A stretch of DNA of 61,496 nucleotides, filler included, from Actinomycetota bacterium (GTDB lineage Bacteria; Actinomycetota; CADDZG01; JAHWKV01; JAOPZY01), in the NCBI GenBank assembly GCA_025963875.1. It is 8 parts of 8 records of this genome, joined end to end, with 100 filler letters (N's around TTAATTAATTAA, not from the genome) between each part and the next. Parts side by side here need not be neighbours in the genome. Positions count along the whole stretch, not along the records: positions 22,283 to 29,793 come from JAOPZY010000012.1; positions 29,894 to 42,866 come from JAOPZY010000035.1; 6 more parts are not named here. One strand, given 5' to 3'. Below, piece by piece: positions 26,756 to 37,500 of the stretch (position 1 is the first letter of the stretch; the number at the start of each line of letters is the position of its first letter). Below the pieces are notes generated by a model that saw only the letters and a program-made list of their open reading frames with translations, ran no database searches and had not been told where the DNA came from. Position numbers and translations under genes: made by a program.

Positions 26756-28120
26756 GTGATGACCCGGAACGACCGCGAGCATCTCGTCGCTCTCGACAAG
26801 GCCCACGTGTGGCATCCCTTCACCCAGATGCAGGGATGGCTCGCCTCGGAGCCACTGATCGTCGAGCGGGCGGAGGGATGCTGGCTCATCGACACCGAGG
26901 GACGCCGCTACATCGATGGCGTCTCGTCGTTGTGGGTCAACGTCCACGGCCACGGGGTCCCCGAGATCGACGAGGCCATCACCGAGCAGCTCGGCCGGGT
27001 GGCGCACTCGACGCTGCTGGGTCTGGCCGGCGTGCCCTCGATCGAGCTGGCCGCCGAACTGGTGGCGCTCGCTCCCCCGGGCCTGGACAAGGTCTTCTAC
27101 TGCGAGGCCGGGGCCAGCGCGGTCGAGGTCGCCCTGAAGATGGCGTTCGGGTACTGGCGCCACCGGGGGGTCGAGAGCAGGACGACGTTCCTCTCGCTCG
27201 AGAATGGCTACCACGGCGACACGCTGGGGGCCGTGGCGGTGGGCGGCATCGACCTGTTCCACCGGGCGTACCGCCCCCTGCTGTTCCCCACCTACCGGGC
27301 TCCCTCGCCCTACTGCTACCGGTGCCCGCTCGGCCTGGCGTACCCCTCGTGCGGGATCGGCTGCCTCGAGCCGATGGCCGAGGTGCTCGAGCTGCATGCG
27401 GACGAGATCTGCGCCGTGGTGGTGGAGCCGCTCGTCCAGGCTGCGGGCGGGATGATCACGGCTCCGCCGGGGTACCTCCGCCGGGTGCGGGACCTGTGCG
27501 ACAGCCACGACGTGCTGCTCATCGTCGACGAGGTCGCGACCGGGGTCGGCCGGACGGGCACGTTCTTCGCCTGCGAGCACGAAGGCGTCGCGCCCGACAT
27601 CCTCGTCGCCGGCAAGGGCCTGACCGGCGGCTACCTGCCCCTGGCAGCGACGTTGACCACCCAGCGTGTCTTCGACGCCTTCCTCGGCGACCCCGCGGCA
27701 GGCAAGACGTTCTTCCACGGGCACACGTACACCGGCAACCCCCTGGCCTGCGCGGCAGCTCTCGCCAACCTCGACCTGATGCGCAAGCGGGACACGCTCG
27801 GAGGGGTGCGGGAGCGGGGCGAGATCCTCGCGGAGGCGCTGGCGCCGCTGAACGGCCACCCACACGTCGGCGACATCCGGCACCATGGCCTCATGGTGGG
27901 CATCGAGCTCGTTGCCGACAAACCGAGCCGGCGGCCCTACGAGGCAGCGGAGACCATGGGCGCCAGGGTCGCGGCCGCGGCCCGGGAGGCGGGGGCGGTC
28001 ATCCGGCCGCTCGGCGACGTCGTGGTCCTCATGCCTCCGCTTGCGATCCCGATCCCGGAGCTGCTCCAGCTCGCATCGATCACCCGGGCAGCCATCGAGG
28101 CCGTGACCGGTTGTGGCTGA
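26756..28120 (+). CDS. bioA: Adenosylmethionine-8-amino-7-oxononanoate transaminase
   Basis: WHPFTQM, DGVSSLWVNVHGH, VEVALKMA, YHGDT, EPLVQAAGGM, DEVATG, GKGLTGGYLPL, HGHTYTGNPL. Confidence 0.96.
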   Translation: MMTRNDREHLVALDKAHVWHPFTQMQGWLASEPLIVERAEGCWLIDTEGRRYIDGVSSLWVNVHGHGVPEIDEAITEQLGRVAHSTLLGLAGVPSIELAAELVALAPPGLDKVFYCEAGASAVEVALKMAFGYWRHRGVESRTTFLSLENGYHGDTLGAVAVGGIDLFHRAYRPLLFPTYRAPSPYCYRCPLGLAYPSCGIGCLEPMAEVLELHADEICAVVVEPLVQAAGGMITAPPGYLRRVRDLCDSHDVLLIVDEVATGVGRTGTFFACEHEGVAPDILVAGKGLTGGYLPLAATLTTQRVFDAFLGDPAAGKTFFHGHTYTGNPLACAAALANLDLMRKRDTLGGVRERGEILAEALAPLNGHPHVGDIRHHGLMVGIELVADKPSRRPYEAAETMGARVAAAAREAGAVIRPLGDVVVLMPPLAIPIPELLQLASITRAAIEAVTGCG

Positions 28121-29793
28121 TCCCCTGAGCTGGTGCGCCGCCGAGCTGGCCCGGCTGGAACGAGAAGGACTCCGGCGCCACCCCGTGACGCTGGCAAGCC
28201 CTCAGGGGCCGGAGGTGGTCATCGGCGGCCGGCGGGTGGTCCAGCTCTGCTCCAACGACTACCTCGGCCTGGCCGCCGATCCGCGGCTTCGCCGGGCGGC
28301 TGCGGCCGCGGCCCGGCGGTGGGGAGCCGGCACCGGCGCCTCCCGGCTCGTATCGGGCACCAGCGACCTGCACCGGGCCCTCGAGGCGTCGCTGGCCGGG
28401 TTGAAGGGATGCGAGGACGCGATCCTCTTCTCCTCCGGCTACCTGGCCAACGTCGGCACGATCCCGGCGCTGGCCGGCAAGGAGGACGCCGTGTTCTCCG
28501 ACGAGCTGAACCACGCCAGCATCATCGACGGGTGCCGGCTCGCGGGGGCCCGGGTCGTGGTCTACGGGCACGCCGACGTGGGCGACCTCGAGCGGGCACT
28601 GAGCTCCGTCGACGCCCGGCGGCGGCTGGTGGTGACCGACACCGTCTTCTCGATGCAGGGCGACCTCGCCCCCGTAGCCGACATCGCCCGGATCTGCGAA
28701 CGGCACGAGGCGATGCTGATGGTCGACGACGCCCACGCCACCGGCCTGCTGGAGAGCAACGGGGCCGGGGCCGGCATCGTGATGTCGACGCTGTCCAAGG
28801 CGCTCGGCTCGGCCGGTGGTTTCGTGGCAGGGCCACGTGACGTCGTCGAGTGGCTGCGCAACCGCGCTCGCAGCTACGTCTTCGACACCGCCCCCAGTCC
28901 CGCCGCCACCGGTGCCGCCGCCGAGGCGCTCCGGATCGTCGCGGCGGAGCCCTACCGCGGACCCGGGGTCGTGGCCGCAGCTGCCCGGCTTACCCAGGCG
29001 CTCGCGGGCCTGGGCTACGACGTGGGTCGCCCGGCGGCCGCCATCGTCCCGGTCTTCGTCGGCGGGGGCCCCGAGGCCATGGCCCTCTCGTCCCGCCTGC
29101 TCGACCACGGGATCTTCGTCCCCGCCATCCGGCCCCCGTCGGTCCCCCCGGGGACGGCCCGGCTGCGGGTGACGGTCACGGCGGCCCACACGGAGGAGCA
29201 CCTCGCCGCTGCCGTGGAGGCGTTTGCATCGGTGCGCCGCGGCGCCGGACCGCGCCAAGCGAGGCGGCAACCGGGCGCCACGGGCGTTATCGATCCCCGC
29301 ATGCTGGGAGCCGGTGGGATCTTCGTCACGGGGACCGGCACGGGGGTCGGCAAGACCGTCGTGGCCGCAGCCGTTGCGCGCACGCTGCGGCGGGCCGGCC
29401 TCGGCGTCGCCGCCATGAAGCCGGCCCAGACCGGAACGAGCGAGGGGGCCGACGACCTCGCGTTCATCCGGCTCGCCGGCGGCGTACCGGCGGCCCGGTG
29501 CTCGGCGGCGTATAACCTGCGGCGTCCGCTGGCGCCCTCGGTTGCCGCGCGGATGGAGGGCATCAGCCTCGAGCCCGGGCGCATCATCGACGACTTTCGC
29601 CGGCTACGCCGGCAGGCAGACGTCGTCGTGATTGAAGGCGCCGGGGGGCTCCTGGTGCCTTTCAACGATTCCGCCGACATGGCGGACCTCGCCTCGGCGC
29701 TGCAGGTCCCGCTGCTGATCGTCGCCCTGCCGGGCCTGGGAACGCTCAACCACATCGCCCTCACCCTCGACGCCGCGAGGACGCGCGGCCTGG
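28113..29793 (+). CDS. bioF: Fused 8-amino-7-oxononanoate synthase / dethiobiotin synthase (BioF-BioD), 3' partial
   Basis: BioF: SNDYLGL, SGYLAN, DELNHASIIDG, DDAHA, TLSKALG, IRPPSVP; in frame BioD from ~29300: FVTGTGTGVGKT, KPAQTG, IEGAGG, LGTLNH. Confidence 0.93.
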
Positions 29794-29893
29794 NNNNNNN
29801 NNNNNNNNNNNNNNNNNNNNNNNNNNNNNNNNNNNNNTTAATTAATTAANNNNNNNNNNNNNNNNNNNNNNNNNNNNNNNNNNNNNNNNNNNN
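29794..29893. other. Artificial contig spacer
   Basis: N44-TTAATTAATTAA-N44. Confidence 0.99.
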
Positions 29894-30289
29894 CGCTGCG
29901 TCTATTGGATCGTCGACAATGGTTCGTCGCACCGCGGCCAGGCCTCCATCAAACGTCTGGAGGGGCGTTACCTGAAGGAGGGCCACCGGCGGCTGCGGCT
30001 GATCCACTGCCCGGTCCACGCCTCGTGGCTGAACCAGATCGAGATTTTCTTCTCCATCGTCCAGCGCAAGGTGCTGACGCCCAACGACTTCACAGACCTC
30101 GACGAGGTCGAGCAGCGACTGTTGGCCTTCGAGCGCTACTACGAGGAGGCGGCTCGGCCCTTCGAGTGGAAATTCACCCGCAAGGATCTCGCCGACCTCA
30201 TGAAGCGACTGGCTGAGAATGAGGCCCTCCGGCTGGCCGCGTGAGAGCGAGCTCCCGATCCGTCACCGAATTTATGGCCCAGAGCACTA
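29894..30289 (+). mobile_element. Right end of an IS630-family element (transposase C-terminus, stop at 30244, plus terminus)
   Basis: WIVDNGSSH...HCPVHASWLNQIEIFFSIVQRK...PFEWKFT; ends ...CCCAGAGCAC|TA consistent with TA target; frame not in ORF track. Confidence 0.88.
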
Positions 30290-30336
30290 AGGACCCGCGA
30301 GGTAACAACCTGCGCGATCATGCCGGGCGGTGAGGA

Positions 30337-31347
30337 TTGGCCACTGAGGGGACAGATCGGACGACGGACCTGCCGCTGGTGGCCGTGAGCTACCCGGTGG
30401 ACGAGGAGTTCGAGCGGATCAATAGAGAGGTCCTCGGCAGCGACGCCCGGATCACGTTTCTCCAGCGGCTCCCCCGGGAGGACTGGCCGGCCGTCCTCGC
30501 TGAGACGGAGGTCCTGCTCGCCTGGAATCTGCCCCGGGAGGTTCCGGTCGAGCTGCTGGCGGCGGCCAAGACCCTCCGGTTCATGCAACTGCTGTCGGCA
30601 GGGCTCGACCACGTCGATTTCGGGCAGATCCCGGATCGGGTCGTCGTGGCCGGCAACGTCGGCGCGTACGCCCAGCCGATGGCCGAGCACGCGATGGCCA
30701 TGACGCTTGCCCTTGCCAAGCGGCTGCCCCAGCACCATGCCGAACTGGCCCGGGGTGTGTTCGACCAGGAGACGCCGTCGCTCACGCTTGAGGAGAGCAT
30801 CTGCGGGATCCTCGGTTTCGGAGGAATCGGCAAGGCCACCGCCCGACTGATGCGTCCGTTCGGGGCCCGCATCTTTGCGGTCAACACGTCGGGCCGCACC
30901 GACGAGCCCGTCGATTTCGTCGGAACGCTGGGGGACCTGGACGCCTTCCTTGGACAGCTCGACGTCGTGATCGTCGCCCTGCCGCTGACCCGAGCCACTC
31001 GAGGCCTGATCGGGCGCGCCCGTCTCGAGCTGATGAAGCCGACGGCCATCCTGGTGAACGTCGCCCGGGGGCCGATCATCGACGAGGGGGCGCTCTACGA
31101 GCACCTGCGGGCGAACCCGAAGTTCTGCGCAGGCATCGACGCATGGTGGCAGGAGCCGTTTGGCCAGGGGAGCTTCGCCACGAACTATCCGTTCTTCGAG
31201 CTCCCCAACCTGATCGGCTCGCCGCACAACTCGGCGATAGTGCCGGGCATCCTCTACCGGGCTGCACGGCAGGCCGCTGCGAACGCCCGCCGGTTCCTGC
31301 GGGGCGAGCCCGTCGCCGGCGTCGCCCGGCGGGAGGACTACGCCTGA
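30337..31347 (+). CDS. D-isomer-specific 2-hydroxyacid dehydrogenase
   Basis: SAGLDH, MAEHA, GILGFGGIG, LPLT, VNVARG, GIDAW..EP, SPHNS. Confidence 0.92.
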   Translation: MATEGTDRTTDLPLVAVSYPVDEEFERINREVLGSDARITFLQRLPREDWPAVLAETEVLLAWNLPREVPVELLAAAKTLRFMQLLSAGLDHVDFGQIPDRVVVAGNVGAYAQPMAEHAMAMTLALAKRLPQHHAELARGVFDQETPSLTLEESICGILGFGGIGKATARLMRPFGARIFAVNTSGRTDEPVDFVGTLGDLDAFLGQLDVVIVALPLTRATRGLIGRARLELMKPTAILVNVARGPIIDEGALYEHLRANPKFCAGIDAWWQEPFGQGSFATNYPFFELPNLIGSPHNSAIVPGILYRAARQAAANARRFLRGEPVAGVARREDYA

Positions 31348-31748
31348 GCGTGGGGCGCCTCGGGGCGGGGGTCCGGGAGGTTGACGACGATCGCCTCCTG
31401 GGTGGATCGGGCAACCGCCATGCGGACGGGCTCGGTGTCGCTGCGATTGGCTTCCACATGCACCTCGTGCGGAGGCACCCAGACGAAGTCGCCGGCCTCT
31501 GCGTCGTGCGAATGGGAGAGGTCGGCGCCCGACCAGAAGCGCGCAGAGCCGGAGATCACGTAGATGGCACTCTCGGACTCCCCGTGGTGGTGGACCGCCG
31601 AGACGGCCCCGGGCGCCAGCTCCACGTAGCCAAACCACAGCGCTCCTGCGCCGACGACCGCGTTCGAGACGGCTGCCTCCCGGCGCATTGCGCCGCTGGC
31701 GGTGTCGGGGAGGCGATCCGACGGCCGGATGACCCGGAACTCGCTCAT
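31338..31748 (-). CDS. Cupin domain protein
   Basis: HHHGESESAIY...AGDFVWVPPHEVHVE. Confidence 0.9.
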   Translation of the reverse strand: MSEFRVIRPSDRLPDTASGAMRREAAVSNAVVGAGALWFGYVELAPGAVSAVHHHGESESAIYVISGSARFWSGADLSHSHDAEAGDFVWVPPHEVHVEANRSDTEPVRMAVARSTQEAIVVNLPDPRPEAPHAQA

Positions 31749-32708
31749 CTATGGCACCTCCACGGGAGGGTCGAGGGAAGCCGGGTCGGAGGTCACCGCC
31801 GGCTTGGGCCGGGTATCGACGGTCAAGCGGAACACGTCGCGGCGGGCGTAGTGCCCCACAGGATCGAACTCGATCCGTGAGGCGCGGGCGGCCCCGGCAT
31901 CGAGCTCGGCGTAGAGGATGCCCTCCTGCTCCTTGAGCGGCCCGGCCAGCAGCGACCCGTCGGGCTCGACGATGGCAGACCAGCCAGGGCACATCCAGTC
32001 CTCGTCTCCGCCGTAGAGAGCGTCGCGCCCGGGGAAGTCCTTCGGGACATCGGACCCGCGCAGCACCGAGCCGACGCCGATGACAAAGACGCGGCCCTCC
32101 CGAGCGTTGTGGCGAAGGGTGCAGATCCAGTTCTCACCGTTGTCCCAGGTCGGGGCCAGGAGGATGTCGATGCCCTGCGCGTACATCGCGTACTTCGCCA
32201 GCGGCATGTACTGCTCCCAGCAGGTGAGGGCGCCCACACGGCCGAACGGTGTGTCGAAGGCTGCCAGGGTCGAGCCGTCGCCCATGCCCCAGACGAGGCG
32301 CTCCCCGCCCGTGGGCATCAGCTTGCGGTGGCGGCCGACGATCTCGCCCTCCGGGGAGAAGGACAGCAGCGTGTTGTAGAGGGTGCCCCCGGCCTCGTCC
32401 AGCTCGTTGACGCCGACGCAGAGGTAGGCGCTCGCCTCGCGTGCGGCCCCGGCAAGGGCCTCGGTCGCCGGCGACCCAACGACGACCGACGCTTCCAGGA
32501 GCAGCCGGTACCGGGCCCTGGCGTCCTTCCAGGGCTGCGAGCGCCAGACCCAGTCCGGGTACCCCGGGACGAAGGCCTCGGGAAGGACGATGAGCTCGGC
32601 GCCGTTGGTCCCGGCCTCCTTGGCGAGGCGGCAGGCCTTCTCGATCGTCGCCTCACGGTCGAGGAAGACCGGGGTCGCCTGCACGGCTGCTGCCAGCACG
32701 GTGCGCAT
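31749..32708 (-). CDS. Nitrilase (carbon-nitrogen hydrolase)
   Basis: LPEAFVPGYP, HRKLMPTGGER, TCWEQYMPL (E-K-C triad), FDPVGHY. Confidence 0.93.
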   Translation of the reverse strand: MRTVLAAAVQATPVFLDREATIEKACRLAKEAGTNGAELIVLPEAFVPGYPDWVWRSQPWKDARARYRLLLEASVVVGSPATEALAGAAREASAYLCVGVNELDEAGGTLYNTLLSFSPEGEIVGRHRKLMPTGGERLVWGMGDGSTLAAFDTPFGRVGALTCWEQYMPLAKYAMYAQGIDILLAPTWDNGENWICTLRHNAREGRVFVIGVGSVLRGSDVPKDFPGRDALYGGDEDWMCPGWSAIVEPDGSLLAGPLKEQEGILYAELDAGAARASRIEFDPVGHYARRDVFRLTVDTRPKPAVTSDPASLDPPVEVP

Positions 32709-33280
32709 CAGACAACCTTACGCCCGGACTCGGCCAGCAGCAGGGTCTGCGGATCGGCGCCGGGCGCAGTCTCGGCGGCCGGCCCCAGGGCGCCGTGCCG
32801 GCGCCACAGGTCGGCCTTCTCGGCGAGGACCTTGCGGGCGACGTCCACCAGTTCCGGGTCGAGCCGCTCGTCGGCACCGACGGCCCGGGCGACGTCCCAG
32901 GCGTGCATCACAAGGTCGAGGATGCGCTCCGCCACGTAGTCCGCGGCAGGCGTATCCCCCGCGGACAGGTGCACGAGGCGCTGCATCGCACCGTCCGCGG
33001 CGCAGGCGTCGACGGCGGCCCCGACGGCGCGGCGCCACGCCCCCGAGGGGTCGTCGCCCAGCAGGTCGCCGTCGAAGCGGTCGCCGACCTCGGCGATGGT
33101 CTGCCCCTCCACCAGCGGGCCGACCCAGCTCGTGCCGGAGACGAGGTGGCGGACCAGGTCACGCACGTTCCATTCCGTGCAGGGCGTTGGGAGGTCCCAC
33201 TGCCCGTGGGTGATCCGCTCGACCCGGCTCGTGACCTGGTCGCAGGCCCGTCGGTGAAGCTCGGCGATATCGGATTGCAT
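32708..33280 (-). CDS. TIGR03086 family (DinB/MDMPI-like) metal-binding protein
   Basis: QWDLPTPCTEWNVRDLVRHL, DLVMHAWDVARA, LLAESGR; true start ATG 33280 with GAGGAG RBS. Confidence 0.9.
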   Translation of the reverse strand: MQSDIAELHRRACDQVTSRVERITHGQWDLPTPCTEWNVRDLVRHLVSGTSWVGPLVEGQTIAEVGDRFDGDLLGDDPSGAWRRAVGAAVDACAADGAMQRLVHLSAGDTPAADYVAERILDLVMHAWDVARAVGADERLDPELVDVARKVLAEKADLWRRHGALGPAAETAPGADPQTLLLAESGRKVV

Positions 33281-33294
33281 CGTGGTCTCCTCTC

Positions 33295-34074
33295 TCATGA
33301 GCCTTGTGGGCTCGCTGGTAGCACGTCGGTCGCCCAGCTCTCCTGCTTCCAGTCGGGCTCCGGCGCCCGCCGGCCGGCGTGGGGGACGAACTTCGAGCGC
33401 TCGACCAGCCGGTAGCGGTGGATGTAGCGGGGGCAGTTGGGGAAGACGTCCCGGACCGCCACCCGCACGATGAACTGCGCCCCCGGGTAGGCCGCCATCA
33501 GCTCGTCGTTGCCGTCGATGGTCGCGGTCCCGTTCAGGCGCATGCGGTGGCCCCGTTCGAAGTCGATGAACAGCAGCCCCACCTCGGGGTTGGCCAGGGC
33601 GTTGCCCCACGACAGGAACATCCCGTTGCCGTCGTAGTTCGGGAAGGCGATCGTCGCATCGTCGACCACCGTCACGAAGCCGGGATCGCCGCCCTTGTAG
33701 GAGCAACTGGGGCGCCCCTCCGCGTCCGCCGTGGCCAGGAAGAACATGTCGGCCCGCTCGACGAACGCACGATCGCCGGGCTCGAGGCGGTCCTTCACGA
33801 ACTTCTCCGTGATGCGGTCCGCCAGCGGCCGGGTGCCGAAACGGTCCTGGAGGCTGCGGCTGCCGGCGTGGAACCAGGCCGCATCGGGCGACTGCTTGAG
33901 GGCCAGGCTCGCCCGGTCGAAGTCGCCCAGGATCCGCTCCAGCTCCCCGGTCTGCTCCCCCGGCTGGGCCGCGAGGGCGTGCCTGGCGACCCTGGCCCCC
34001 GCCACCAGGGCGGCGAGCTCCTCGACCTTCACCGTCATCCGGACGACGCCCCGGCGCTCCCAGGCCAGCCGCAT
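33295..34074 (-). CDS. Pyridoxamine 5'-phosphate oxidase-like FMN-binding protein with extra N-terminal segment
   Basis: LQDRFGTRPLAD, FFLATAD, CSYKGGDPGFV, FPNYDGNGMF, FPNCPRYIH; start ATG 34074. Confidence 0.88.
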   Translation of the reverse strand: MRLAWERRGVVRMTVKVEELAALVAGARVARHALAAQPGEQTGELERILGDFDRASLALKQSPDAAWFHAGSRSLQDRFGTRPLADRITEKFVKDRLEPGDRAFVERADMFFLATADAEGRPSCSYKGGDPGFVTVVDDATIAFPNYDGNGMFLSWGNALANPEVGLLFIDFERGHRMRLNGTATIDGNDELMAAYPGAQFIVRVAVRDVFPNCPRYIHRYRLVERSKFVPHAGRRAPEPDWKQESWATDVLPASPQGS

Positions 34075-34076
34075 GG

Positions 34077-34466
34077 CTACGCTGCCGCCTGGGACGAGAC
34101 GTGGGCGACCACACGGCGCACCTCGTCGGCAAACGCCTCGTAATCGACCTGCAGGCCGTTCAGGTAGACGCTCCACCCGCTGACGAGCTTGGCGTAGTGC
34201 ACCGCCTCCTCGACCTCGGCGGCTGTGGCGCCGAACAGCTTCGCGGCCTCGGTGTGGAACAGGGAGCAGTACCGGCACCGGGTGACCGCGGCGATCGCCA
34301 CCCCCATGAGCTCCTTGTACTTGTTGGGGATCAGCGTCTCGCCGAACTGCACGCGCTTGATGAGGTCCCACTCGGCGTCGATGTAGGCGTCGGGGATCTG
34401 GTCGACGAACGAGATCACCGTGCCGAACATCTGCCGCATCTCGTTGTGGACGTCCTGCCTGCTCAT
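34077..34466 (-). CDS. Carboxymuconolactone decarboxylase / AhpD-like protein
   Basis: KYKELMGVAIAAVTRCRYCSLFH (CxxC), GATAAEVEEA; GAGGAG RBS before ATG 34466. Confidence 0.9.
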   Translation of the reverse strand: MSRQDVHNEMRQMFGTVISFVDQIPDAYIDAEWDLIKRVQFGETLIPNKYKELMGVAIAAVTRCRYCSLFHTEAAKLFGATAAEVEEAVHYAKLVSGWSVYLNGLQVDYEAFADEVRRVVAHVSSQAAA

Positions 34467-34571
34467 CGGCCCCTCCTCTCCTCCGGGGCTGCCTCCCAGC
34501 CCGTCGGGGGCCAATCTAGGAGGGAGGCATTGCCGTTTCGTTGCCGGTGCGCTGCAATGGGGGTGGGGAGC

Positions 34572-37500
34572 ATGGCCATCGAGATCAGGGTGCTGGGCCG
34601 TTTCTCGGTCCGGCGGGACGGTGTCGAGATCCCCGCGGGCGCGTTCCGTGGCAGGCTCGTCCGCTCGCTGGTGCGCATGCTCGTGACCCGCCGCGGGAGT
34701 TTCGTCTCCCGAGACCTGCTGATCGAAGCCCTGTGGCCGGCCGGCCCCCCGGCCGATCCCGACCTGAACCTCAACGTCCTCGTCACGCGGGCGAGGAGTG
34801 CCCTCGGCGCTCCGTCGCTCATCCTCACCGGCCCCGGCGGCTACTCCTTTGCCCGCACCGGTGGCTGTAGCGTCGACGCGGAGTCGTTCCTGGAGCTCGT
34901 GGCCGCCGGGAGAATGACCGACGCCCTGACCCTCTGGGGCGGGGAGCCCCTTGCGGAGGATGCCTACGCGGACTGGGCGCAGGACTACCGCGACCGCCTG
35001 AACCGGGCCTACCTCGAAGCCCTGGAGGGTGCGGCGGCGGCCGCGCTCGTGGCTGGGGCGCCTGCCCGTGGCGTGGCCTGGGCACGGCTGGCGGTGGCGG
35101 ATGCTCCGTTGCGGGAAGCGTCGTACCTCCTGCTGGCTAGAGCCCTGGCGGCGTCGCGCGACATTGCCGGCGCGCTTGCGGTTCTTGCAGGGCTGCGCGA
35201 GAAGCTGGCCGAGGAGCTCGGCCTGGACCCGTCCGAGGAGACCCGGCGGTTGGAGACCCGGATCCTGCGGGGCGAGGAGGTCGGGGTCCCCGTGGCCCTC
35301 CCGCTCGGGGAGACCGCCCGGCAGCTCGGAAGCCTGGTGTTCATGGGGCGGGAGGCCGAGCTCGGCGCCATCCTGACGATGGGGGAGGGCGCCGCCCTGG
35401 TTGCAGGGGGCTCCGGCTCCGGCAAGTCACGACTGCTGGCGGAGGCGGTTGCACGCTCGCCGCGGCGGGTGCTCTTGGTCCGGGCATCGCCGTCAGAGCG
35501 CGACGAGCCGTGGCACCTAACCCGGGCGCTGGTGCGCGCGGGCTTGGCGCTGGAGCCCCGGGCCGCAGATGCCCTGGCGCAGCTTCCAGCCGAGGCGCTC
35601 GCGGAGGCCGTGCCCGAGCTTGCGGCCCTCCGCCCGACCACCGGGGGCGTGCTGGACGTCGAGAGCCGGCGGGCCCTGGTGCTGGAGGGAGCGGTCCGGT
35701 TCGTGGAGGCCGCCGCAGGAGCGTCCTGCCTGCTGGCGGTCGACGACCTGCAGTGGGCCGACGCGAGCAGCCTCGCGGTGCTCGAGCGGGCCGCGGCTCG
35801 GCTGCCCGGCATGGGGCTGATCCTGGCGTTCCGTCCGGAGGAAGTCGCCCCCGGCGGGCCGGCGGCGCTCTATTTCGAGCGTCTGGCCGCCCTGGGCCGG
35901 CCGCTGACCCGGATCGATCTCGGCCCGCTCACCGGGCCGGCGCTGGGCGCGGCGGTCGCGGATCCCGAGCTCGTCCGCTGCGTCGTCGAGGACACCGACG
36001 GCTCCCCCATGGCCGTCGCGGAGCTGGTGCGGGAGCTCGCCGCTCAGGGGGCACTCGAAGCCGGCCCGGACGGGCGCTGGATGGCCGCTTCCCCGGACGC
36101 CCACGCCCTGGCCCGGAAGGCCGCCCGGCGGGGGCAGCGAACCACGATCGAGGCCCGGGTGGACCGCCACCCGTCCGCACGCCGCGAGCTTCTCGCCCTG
36201 CTGGCGCTCCTCGGCCATCCCGTACCGGCCCGCCTGCTGGCGCTGTCCGTGGGCGCTCCTGCCGGTCTCGTCCTCGGCGACCTCGATGCCCTGGGGCGGA
36301 CGGGACTCGTCAACGCCGGGGCCGACGGGTGGTCGGTGACCCACGACCTCATCGCCGAGGTCGTGGCCGGCCGCATCCCGGCTACCTCGCGAGCCCGCCT
36401 GCACGAGCTGCTGGCGTCTGCGCTGCGTCACGAGGGGGCGGATCCCTCGGAGGTCGCCCGGCACCTCGCCGGCGCCGGGGACGCGCCGGCCGCCGCCGGG
36501 GCGTTTGCCGAGGCGGCGGCGCAGCGACTCCGGCGCTTCGCCCACCGGGAGGCCGAGCAGGTGGCGGAGGCGGGACTGGCCCTCGGCCCGTCCGAGGAGG
36601 TCCGGTCCTCGTTGCTCGAGGTGCGGGCGGAGGCCAGGGCGACAACCGGGGACCTTGCGGGCGCCCGTGAGGACCTCCGGGGCGCCCTCGCCGGAGCTCG
36701 GGGGGGAACCCGGCGCTCGCACCTGCTGACGAGGATGGCCCTCCTGGCCTCGGGGTCGGAGGATCTGGACAGGGCGAGCGAGCTGGCGGAGCTGGCGATG
36801 GCCGAAGCCGGGCGGGACCCCGCCGCCCGCGCCGAGGCGCTCTCGGTCGCCGCCATCATCGACATGAACGCCGACCGTCGGGCGCGGGCCGGCCAGCGCT
36901 CCGAGCAGGCCCTCGAGCTGTTCCGCCAGGCTGGCCATGCCCGGGGCATCGCCGACGTCCTCGACGGCCAGGCGATGGCGACGTTCCTCGGTGGCGACAT
37001 CCGCGGAGCGGTCGTCACCTTCGACCGGGTGGCCAGGCTGTTCGAGGACTCCGGGGACCTGCTGCGGGTCGGCACGCCGCGCTCGACGCGGGGCCACGCC
37101 CTCACGTTCATGGCGCGGCCCCGGGAGGGCCTTGCCGACGCACGGGCGGCGCTGGAGCTTGCCCGGACCCTGGGCCACTCCGAGGGGGAGGCCTATTCGC
37201 TCTGGCACTGCAGCGAAGCTCTCGCCGCTCTGGGGAAGCCGGGCGAGGCCCTGGAGGCGGCCACCGCCGCGCTGGCAATTGCGGAGCGCATCGGCCACCG
37301 GGAGTGGACGGCTGCCTCGCTGCGGGCCGTTGGTATCGCGCGGCAGGCCGCGGGCGACCAGACCGGGGCGGAGGCGGCGTTCCGGCGCTCCCTGGCGACC
37401 TCGGAGAACCTGTCCCTTTTCGCCGGATGGGCGTCGGCCAGGATCGCCCTCGTGCTCGTCGCCGGGGGGGATGCGGCACGCGCGGCCCCCCATGTTGCCC

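Noticed and set aside
26737..26765. BirA or BioQ operator before bioA
   Set aside because: One TGTTAAC half-site only, poor second half; no TGAAC-N3-GTTCA
34101..34571. N-terminal extension of the 1193-aa ORF
   Set aside because: Antisense to the CMD gene; regulator similarity and RBS start at ATG 34572
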